Positions 1 through 6,101 of a DNA stretch of 13,596 bases are shown piece after piece; position 1 is the stretch's first letter, and each line of letters opens with the position of its first letter. The stretch is taken from contig JBGAOA010000090.1 in NCBI GenBank assembly GCA_044222065.1, positions 1 to 13,596 of the forward strand, in the 5' to 3' direction. Position numbers and translations under genes: made by a program. The notes under the pieces are model-generated. The model saw nothing but the letters and a program-made list of their open reading frames with translations. It did no database searches and was not told where the DNA came from. The DNA is from Candidatus Eiseniibacteriota bacterium (GTDB lineage Bacteria > Eisenbacteria > RBG-16-71-46).

Positions 1-1073
1 AACGGATTCGGCGCGCCCGCGAGCCAGCGCGCGGCGTGCGCCGGCGCGGCGCCGGCTTCGACGCCGATCGTCGCGACGCCGCTCGAGTCCACTTCGACGA
101 GCTGCGCGATCTCGTTCGTGCCGAACGTCGAGACGCCGCCGGCGATGTGCGTCCCGAGCCCGACCTCGCCGAGCGAGAACGCGCGCAGGCTGTCGGCGAA
201 CGTGTCGAGCACGACCGCGCGGCCGAGCACGTGGCTGTAACAGCCGGCGTTCGTCGCGGCCGCGCCGGTGTACGACCCGTTCTGCGCGAACACCGAGATC
301 GCCATCGTCGCGGGATCCAGCCGCAGCATGCGCGGCTCGCGTGCGTTGGAGTTCGTGTCCACCACGATCAGCACCGACCCGGACGGACCGTGGCTCAGTC
401 CGACGCACAGTTCGAAGGACGTGGAGACGTCGAAGTTCACCCCGGTGACGGGGCCCGCCACCTGCGTGCCCGCCGCGTTCAGCGGAATCCGGATCGCGCA
501 CACCTGCGAGGCGTCGGCGCACGGGGACGACGATCCGCCGAGCGAGCCGACCACGCCGATGAGCGAATTCGTTCCGGGGTGGTAGAGGATCTGCTGCAGC
601 ACCTTGTTCTGTCCGAGGCCGAACTTCACGGTGCCCGTCACGTCGAGCAGGTCGTGGACGACGTTGGCCGCGTCGAGGTAGCGGAAACCCTCGGGCGAGA
701 AGTTCCACAGGTAGAGCTTGCCGTCCCCGCGGCTCGCGACCGCGTCCGGCGACGGAGTTCCCGGCAGCAGCACGGTCGCGATGCCGTCCGAGTCCACGCC
801 GTAGAGGGCCTCGCCCGCGCCCCTCGCGCTGTACACGACGCGGGAACGGAAAGGATCCCAGGCGGCGCTGTTCTGGACGGACTGAGAGGCCGGGGCGTCG
901 TAGAGCAGCGTGACTGCGCCGGTGAGCGGCGCGACCCGCAGGATCGCGGCGTTCACGGTCGGCGCGGCGTTCGTGACGAGCAGCAGCTCGCCGGTCGTGA
1001 ACGGCGCGGCGACGGACAGCGCGGGCAACGCGAGCAACAGGAAGATCGAAGCGGGGACGAGTGAGCGAGGCAT
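1..1073 (-). CDS. Secreted protein (3'-partial), probable beta-propeller, running into the start of a T9SS-A/FlgD-Ig-like C-terminal sorting domain
   Basis: Translated by hand because it is missing from the ORF track (no stop in the window). ATG at 1073 with SD GGGAGG at 1085-1080. Open frame MPRSLVPASIFLLLALPALSVAAPFTTGELLLVTN... (signal peptide), then propeller-like strands (SAAWDPFRSRVVY, VASRGDGKLYLW, ILYHPGTNSLIGV, MLRLDPATMAISVF), ending ...TIGVEAGAAPAHAARWLAGAPNP(F) at the window edge, the typical CTD entry motif. Confidence 0.85.
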   Translation of the reverse strand, partial: MPRSLVPASIFLLLALPALSVAAPFTTGELLLVTNAAPTVNAAILRVAPLTGAVTLLYDAPASQSVQNSAAWDPFRSRVVYSARGAGEALYGVDSDGIATVLLPGTPSPDAVASRGDGKLYLWNFSPEGFRYLDAANVVHDLLDVTGTVKFGLGQNKVLQQILYHPGTNSLIGVVGSLGGSSSPCADASQVCAIRIPLNAAGTQVAGPVTGVNFDVSTSFELCVGLSHGPSGSVLIVVDTNSNAREPRMLRLDPATMAISVFAQNGSYTGAAATNAGCYSHVLGRAVVLDTFADSLRAFSLGEVGLGTHIAGGVSTFGTNEIAQLVEVDSSGVATIGVEAGAAPAHAARWLAGAPNP

Positions 1074-1136
1074 GGGCTTCCTCCCGGGTGGTTGCCCACG
1101 AGTCTCTCAGGAATGCCCGGGCCCTCCCACAACGAA

Positions 1137-1173
1137 CGGGACCGGCGCGGGGAAAACCCGCGCGCCGGTCCCG
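1137..1173 (-). terminator. Probable intrinsic terminator hairpin after the 1180..4272 gene
   Basis: 13-bp perfect inverted repeat CGGGACCGGCGCG (1137-1149) / CGCGCCGGTCCCG (1161-1173) starting 6 nt after the TGA; followed on the minus strand by a weak U tail, TTCGTTGT. Confidence 0.65.
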
Positions 1174-1179
1174 CCCCGC

Positions 1180-4100
1180 TCAGCGCAGCCGCAGCAGCCG
1201 CACGACCCGGCGCTCGACTCCCGACGGCGTCACGATCCGCGCGCGCGCGAACCCGATCTCGCCCGCCGGCAGCTCGTCCAGGCCCGGCGTGAAGCGGTGC
1301 ACCCCCGCCGCGAGCGGCCCGTCCGCCAGCGTCGCGAGCCGGGCGCCGCGCAGGTCGAACAGCTCGATCGTCGCCTCGCCCGCGATCGGGAGCGCGAGTT
1401 CCAGCGCCGGAGCGCGGCCCGGCGATCCGAGCGGCGCGAACGCGAGCGCGCGCCCCGCGGAGGGCGCGGCGGGCTCGGCGACGTCTACGGTGCCGTGCGG
1501 GAACACGAGCCAGACGCCGTTCGAACCGTAATGCACCTCGAACAGCGCCGACGCGCCCGCACCGCCGTCGAGCAACACGTTCGAGAACGTGCCCGTCACG
1601 ATTCCGCCCGCGAGGATCTGGATGCTGTCACCCGGATTCGCGGAGAACCCGACGCGACGCACGTCGAGCGTCCCGGCGAGTTGCGCGCTCGTGGTCGCCG
1701 AGACGCGGTCGAACTGCGCGGCACCGAGCGCGCCGACCTCGATCTCGAGCGTGCCGGAGCTGCGCCCCGTCAGCGTGCGCACCGTCAGCGTGCCGAAGAC
1801 GCCGTTCGCCGCGCTGTCGGGGGCGACGCGCCCGTCAAAGACGATCGTTCCGATCCAGGAGCCGAAGCCCGTCGCGCGACCCTGCTGCTCGATGCGAAGC
1901 GGCAGCGACGCCGTGGGCGTCACCTTGCCTCCGCCGAAGTTGATCCGTCCTCCGACCCGCATCGTGTCGGCCGCGGTGACGGTGACCGAAAGCGCTCCGC
2001 AGTGGAGCGTGCCCGACACGTCGAGGACGCCCGGCGAGGACACGTTGCCGAGCGTCGTGACGCCCGCGCAGGTGATCGTCGCGCCGGAGTCCGCGACGAT
2101 GGATCCGGACAGCACTCCGGATCCCGTGAAGCCGCCTCCCGGCAGGAACCGCAGCGCGCCGCTCACGGGCCTGCCGTAGGACTCGAGCATTCCCGCGAAC
2201 GAGAGGCCGGTGACCGCGTTGGCGGCGATCGCTCCGTGGTTCATGACGCGGCCCTGCACGGTGCCCGAGCCGAGAAGGGATCCGTTCATCACGACTCGGA
2301 TCCCCCCGGACGGCCCAACGAGCGTGCCGCCCGAGAGCCAGACCGGACCGACGCTCGCGCTGTCGGCATCCCGCAGCGTCATCGTGTGCCCGTTGACGAT
2401 CACGCGGCCGGCGCACTCGAATCCTGCCGCGAGATCCGCGCGCCCGATCGCGAGCGTCCCGGTCGCCTGGACGGTCGTGGTCGAGTCCGAGGGACTCGTC
2501 ACGCCGGAGAGGAAGTCGCCGCGTCCGACGATCCGCCCCGTCCCGCGCAGCGTGAAAGTGCCGCCCGTCACGGCGCCGCCGAGCTGCTCGACGCTGCCAT
2601 CGAGGTAGATCGAGCCATCGAGCGAGAGGGTCCCGCCCGTCTTGCAGAGGATGTTGCCGCCGGTCCAGATGGTGCCGTTCGCGCCGCCGTTGTTCAGGTT
2701 GAGCGCGCCACCGCCCTCGAGGGTGACGAGCGCGAGCGAGCCGATGTCCGCCACACCCGTGCCCGACAGGAAGAGCGCGCTGGAAACGTCCACCTTCGCG
2801 TTCACACCCTTGATGAGGACCGTCCCGTTCGCGCTCGCGGTCTGGCCCACGTACAGCGTCCCCGCGTAGACCTGCCCGTCGTCCCTCACGTTGAGCGTTC
2901 CCGTTCCGCTCTGCCCGACGACCACGTCCACGTTGGTCGAGACCAGGCCGTCCTCCGCGAGCAGCGTGCCGACCCCTCCGGCGGAAGCGCCGACGATGAT
3001 CGACGTCGTATTTGAGTAGAGCCGTGAACCGCCCCTCACGTTGAGAATGCCGTTCCCCGTGGCCCCGACCGAGACGCCGGACACGGACGCAGCGAGCGCG
3101 CCATCGAGCAATTCGAGCTCCGGCGAACCGATCGCGCTGTCGATCGTGAGCCTCGTGGGGCCCGGCTCGAGCACGCCGCCCACGATCTGCAACTTGCCGC
3201 CGTCGAGCTGGAGCTGTGCCGCGGAATCGTCGGTGTAGAGCGAGCCGGTGGCGAACCGGCCGCCGTCGGAGATCGTGAGCGTTCCGTCCCCGCCTCCGGC
3301 CACGTCGTCGTAGAGGTACGTCGAACCCGCGACCTCGACGACGCCGCCGGGCGACACGGTCACGGCGCCGGTGCCGCCCGCGACGCCGTCGTCGTCGCGC
3401 CCGACCCACAGGTCCTCGGAGATCGTCACGCGCGAGCTGTCGTAGGCGCCGGTCCCGGTCGCGAGCAGCGTGCCGATCGAACCGGCCGGTCCGCCCAGCA
3501 CGAGCGTGCGCCGGCAGTCGAGCAGTCCCCCGCTCCGCACCTCCACGGCGCCGGTTCCCGGGTACCCGACACGCAGTTCCTCGAGAGACGAGGGCAGGAC
3601 GGTCATGACCGATCGCCTCGCGACGGGCGACACCGCGTCTCCCGTCACCTTCACCGTTCCCTCGGCGAGTGCGTTCGAGTTGCCCACCTCGAACGGCGCC
3701 GTCGTCGAGAACACGCCACCGTCGCGGACCGTGAGCGTGCCGATGCCGCTCGAGTGTCCGACTTCGAGCGCGCCCGAGATGGCGGTGTGGAACACGTCCG
3801 TGCCGCTGCCGGTGACGCGCAGGATCGCATCGGCGCCGCCCGATCCGACCAAGATCGCGCCCGCGATCGTGTTCGTGCCCGAGGTGAAGTCGAGGATCGG
3901 CGACGAGGGTCCCGAGCCCACGAGCAGCGTGCCGCTATGGGTGTGCGCGACCGGATGGTCGAAGTTCACGGTGCCATCGAACACGCGGATGCGATTCGTG
4001 CTCGAGACGTTCGCTCCGAACGTGACGCCGTACGTGGACGCGAGATCGAACGTGAGCGTGTCGAGCGCGCCGGGTCGAGTCGCGGGATTCCAGTTCGCCG

Positions 4101-4272
4101 CCACCCCGGCGAAACCGCCGGCCGCATTGATCCAGTCGTACCGGACCGCGAAGGCGGGCGACGAGACCGTCGCGAGGAGCGAGAAGGGGACGAGCGCGCG
4201 AAGCGCGCGGCGAAGCGCGAGCGACGGGCGGCGGGGCGCGCCGGCCGTCGAGGGTGAATCGTGGCGAGACAT
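1180..4272 (-). CDS. Large secreted beta-helix protein (~1030 aa) with T5SS/PEP-CTERM-associated repeats, an autochaperone-like cap and a degenerate T9SS-A/FlgD-Ig-like CTD; probable surface protein or adhesin
   Basis: Start moved from TTG 4278 to ATG 4272 (SD GGGAG at 4283-4279). Signal peptide ...VPFSLLATVSSPAFA|V. N-terminal 'YDWINAAGG..AANWNP..RPG..D' motif, Gly-rich repeats such as VVVGQSGTGTLNVRDDGQVYAGTLYVGQTASANGTVLIKG, cap GTLEIEVG..FDRV...LAGTL..GDSIQIL..TGTFSNV, and C-terminus LELALP..ATIELFDLRGARLATLADGPLAAGVHRF...VVRLLRLR. Confidence 0.85.
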   Translation of the reverse strand: MSRHDSPSTAGAPRRPSLALRRALRALVPFSLLATVSSPAFAVRYDWINAAGGFAGVAANWNPATRPGALDTLTFDLASTYGVTFGANVSSTNRIRVFDGTVNFDHPVAHTHSGTLLVGSGPSSPILDFTSGTNTIAGAILVGSGGADAILRVTGSGTDVFHTAISGALEVGHSSGIGTLTVRDGGVFSTTAPFEVGNSNALAEGTVKVTGDAVSPVARRSVMTVLPSSLEELRVGYPGTGAVEVRSGGLLDCRRTLVLGGPAGSIGTLLATGTGAYDSSRVTISEDLWVGRDDDGVAGGTGAVTVSPGGVVEVAGSTYLYDDVAGGGDGTLTISDGGRFATGSLYTDDSAAQLQLDGGKLQIVGGVLEPGPTRLTIDSAIGSPELELLDGALAASVSGVSVGATGNGILNVRGGSRLYSNTTSIIVGASAGGVGTLLAEDGLVSTNVDVVVGQSGTGTLNVRDDGQVYAGTLYVGQTASANGTVLIKGVNAKVDVSSALFLSGTGVADIGSLALVTLEGGGALNLNNGGANGTIWTGGNILCKTGGTLSLDGSIYLDGSVEQLGGAVTGGTFTLRGTGRIVGRGDFLSGVTSPSDSTTTVQATGTLAIGRADLAAGFECAGRVIVNGHTMTLRDADSASVGPVWLSGGTLVGPSGGIRVVMNGSLLGSGTVQGRVMNHGAIAANAVTGLSFAGMLESYGRPVSGALRFLPGGGFTGSGVLSGSIVADSGATITCAGVTTLGNVSSPGVLDVSGTLHCGALSVTVTAADTMRVGGRINFGGGKVTPTASLPLRIEQQGRATGFGSWIGTIVFDGRVAPDSAANGVFGTLTVRTLTGRSSGTLEIEVGALGAAQFDRVSATTSAQLAGTLDVRRVGFSANPGDSIQILAGGIVTGTFSNVLLDGGAGASALFEVHYGSNGVWLVFPHGTVDVAEPAAPSAGRALAFAPLGSPGRAPALELALPIAGEATIELFDLRGARLATLADGPLAAGVHRFTPGLDELPAGEIGFARARIVTPSGVERRVVRLLRLR
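2790..3930 (-). repeat. Protein-level T5SS/PEP-CTERM-associated-type repeats (VG.sG.G.l.v..GG.......l.vG.....G.v.v.G)
   Basis: At least 5 copies: LEVGHSSGIGTLTVRDGG..FEVGNSN..GTVKVTG; LRVGYPGTGAVEVRSGG..LVLGGPAGSIGTLLATG; LWVGRD..GTGAVTVSPGG; VSVGATGNGILNVRGGS..IIVGASAGGVGTLLAEDG; VVVGQSGTGTLNVRDDG..LYVGQTASANGTVLIKG. Boundaries are approximate. Confidence 0.7.
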
Positions 4273-4404
4273 GGGCAACTCCCGTGGTGAGCGAGCCGGC
4301 GGGGACCGTGCCGCGGAAGGGGTGGCGAGGAAGGCGACCGGAAGCGGACATCCGGGCGCGCCCGACGCCCGTCACGCCCCCGGCGGCCCCGGGCGCGCGG
4401 CCGG

Positions 4405-6048
4405 TCAGCGGTGGACGCCCGCCGCTTCCGACCCGGTGCGCTCGACGTACTCGACGTAGGAGCCGAGGTACTCGAACGGCGGCTCCGCCGGCGCGCCGTC
4501 CGCGCCGGGACGCAGTTCGAGCACGCGGTTGCTCAGCCCGCGCAGGAACGTGCGGTCGTGGCTCACGAACAGCATCGTGCCCTCGAAATCGCGCAGCGCC
4601 GAGACGAGCATCTCCTTCGTCTCGAGGTCGAGGTGGTTCGTGGGCTCGTCGAGGATCAGGAAGTTCGGCGGATCGAACAGCATGCGCGCGAGCACGAGCC
4701 GCGACTTCTCCCCGCCCGACAGCACGCGCACGGGCTTGTCCACGTCCGGGCCCGAGAACTGGAACGCGCCGAGCAGGTTTCGCAGCACGCCCGGGCCCTC
4801 GAGCGGGAAGTCGTGCTGCATCTGCTCGAACACCGAGCGCTCCGGGTCGAGCAGGTCGAGCGACTGCTGCGCGAAGTAGCCCACCTTGAGCGACGCGCCG
4901 AGCTTCACGGTGCCCGCGTCGGGCGCGACCGCCCCGGCGACGAGCTTGAGCAGCGTCGTCTTCCCCGCACCGTTCCGCCCCATGACGCACCAGCGCTCCG
5001 CGCGGCGGATCACGAAGTCGAAGCCGTCGTAGATCACCCGCTCGCCGTACGCCTTGCGGATGCCGCTCAGCGCGACCACGTCCTCGCCCGAGCGCGGCGG
5101 CGTGCGGAAGCGGAACTCGACGACCTTGCGGCTCCGCGGCGGCTCGATGCGCTCGATCTTCTCGAGCTTCTTCACGCGCGACTGCACCTGCGCCGCCTTC
5201 GCCGCGTGCGCCTTGAAGCGCTCGATGAAGCGCTGCTCCTTCGCGAGCATCGCCTGCTGGCGCGCGTGCTGCGCCTCGCGGTTCGCCTCGGCGATCGCGC
5301 GCTCACGCACGTAGTAGTCGTAGTCGCCGGTGTAGCTCGTGAACTCGCCGCCGTCGATCTCGACGATGCGCGAGACGATGCGGTTCATGAAGTCCTTGTC
5401 GTGGCAGGTCATCAGCACGGCGCCGGGATAGGCGCGGATGAAGTCCTCGAGCCACAGGATGGACTCGATGTCGAGGTGGTTCGTGGGCTCGTCCATCAGG
5501 AGCACGTCGGGCCGCCCGAGCAGGATGCGCGCGAGGCCGACGCGCATCTTCCAGCCGCCCGACAGCGCGCCGACGTCGCCGTCCGCCTGCGCGTCCTCGA
5601 AGCCGAGTCCGTGCAGGATCTCCCGCGCGCGCGACTCGAGGTCGTAGCCCCCGAGCCGCTCGTACTCCTCCTGCACGTGACCGAAGCGCTCGAGGATCGC
5701 CTCCATCTCGTCGGCGCGCGCGGGATCGGCCATCGCGTGCTGCAGGTCCTCGAGCTCGTGGTGCAGCGTCCCGAGCCGGCCGCTCGCGGCGATCGTCTCG
5801 TCGATCACCGAGCGCCCCGACATCTCGCCCGCGTCCTGGCGGTAGTAACCGAGGCTCAGGCGCTTCGGCAGCGTCACGGCGCCTTCGTCCGGCGACTCTT
5901 CGCCGACGATCATGCGGAACACCGTGGACTTGCCGGCGCCGTTCGGACCCACGAGCCCGACCTTCTCGCCGGGGTTGAGCTGGAACGACCCGTCGACGAA
6001 CAGGACCTGCCTGCCGTACGCCTTGCTGACGCCATCGAAGACGATCAT
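4405..6048 (-). CDS. ABC-F family ATP-binding protein (ribosome-associated translation factor, YheS/YbiT-like), 547 aa
   Basis: True start is ATG 6048 (MIVFDGVSKAYG), not the ORF-track start 6900. Two NBDs: GPNGAGKS/LSGGWKMR/LLMDEPTNHLD and GRNGAGKT/LSGGEKSR/LILDEPTNHLD. Helical linker ..RFIERFKAHAAKAAQVQSRVKKLEKI.. No transmembrane segments. Confidence 0.95.
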   Translation of the reverse strand: MIVFDGVSKAYGRQVLFVDGSFQLNPGEKVGLVGPNGAGKSTVFRMIVGEESPDEGAVTLPKRLSLGYYRQDAGEMSGRSVIDETIAASGRLGTLHHELEDLQHAMADPARADEMEAILERFGHVQEEYERLGGYDLESRAREILHGLGFEDAQADGDVGALSGGWKMRVGLARILLGRPDVLLMDEPTNHLDIESILWLEDFIRAYPGAVLMTCHDKDFMNRIVSRIVEIDGGEFTSYTGDYDYYVRERAIAEANREAQHARQQAMLAKEQRFIERFKAHAAKAAQVQSRVKKLEKIERIEPPRSRKVVEFRFRTPPRSGEDVVALSGIRKAYGERVIYDGFDFVIRRAERWCVMGRNGAGKTTLLKLVAGAVAPDAGTVKLGASLKVGYFAQQSLDLLDPERSVFEQMQHDFPLEGPGVLRNLLGAFQFSGPDVDKPVRVLSGGEKSRLVLARMLFDPPNFLILDEPTNHLDLETKEMLVSALRDFEGTMLFVSHDRTFLRGLSNRVLELRPGADGAPAEPPFEYLGSYVEYVERTGSEAAGVHR

Positions 6049-6057
6049 GGGGCGCGG

Positions 6058-6066
6058 AGGATAGCA
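6058..6066 (-). promoter_or_regulatory. Putative extended -10 element (TGCTATCCT) for a leaderless or near-leaderless ABC-F transcript
   Basis: TGn-TATCCT lies 9 nt upstream of ATG 6048, and the spacer (CCGCGCCCC) contains no SD. Confidence 0.5.
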
Positions 6067-6101
6067 GGCCACCTCACGCTCCGCCGCGCTTCCCGGCGCG
6101 C

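Noticed and set aside
4353..4398. GC-rich inverted repeats downstream of the ABC-F stop
   Set aside because: A 9-bp all-GC stem with a long loop and no U tract; weak evidence in this base composition.
4405..6048. ABC-F as an antibiotic-resistance (ARE) protein
   Set aside because: The linker resembles housekeeping YheS-type proteins, and there is no leader peptide/attenuator or mobile-element context.
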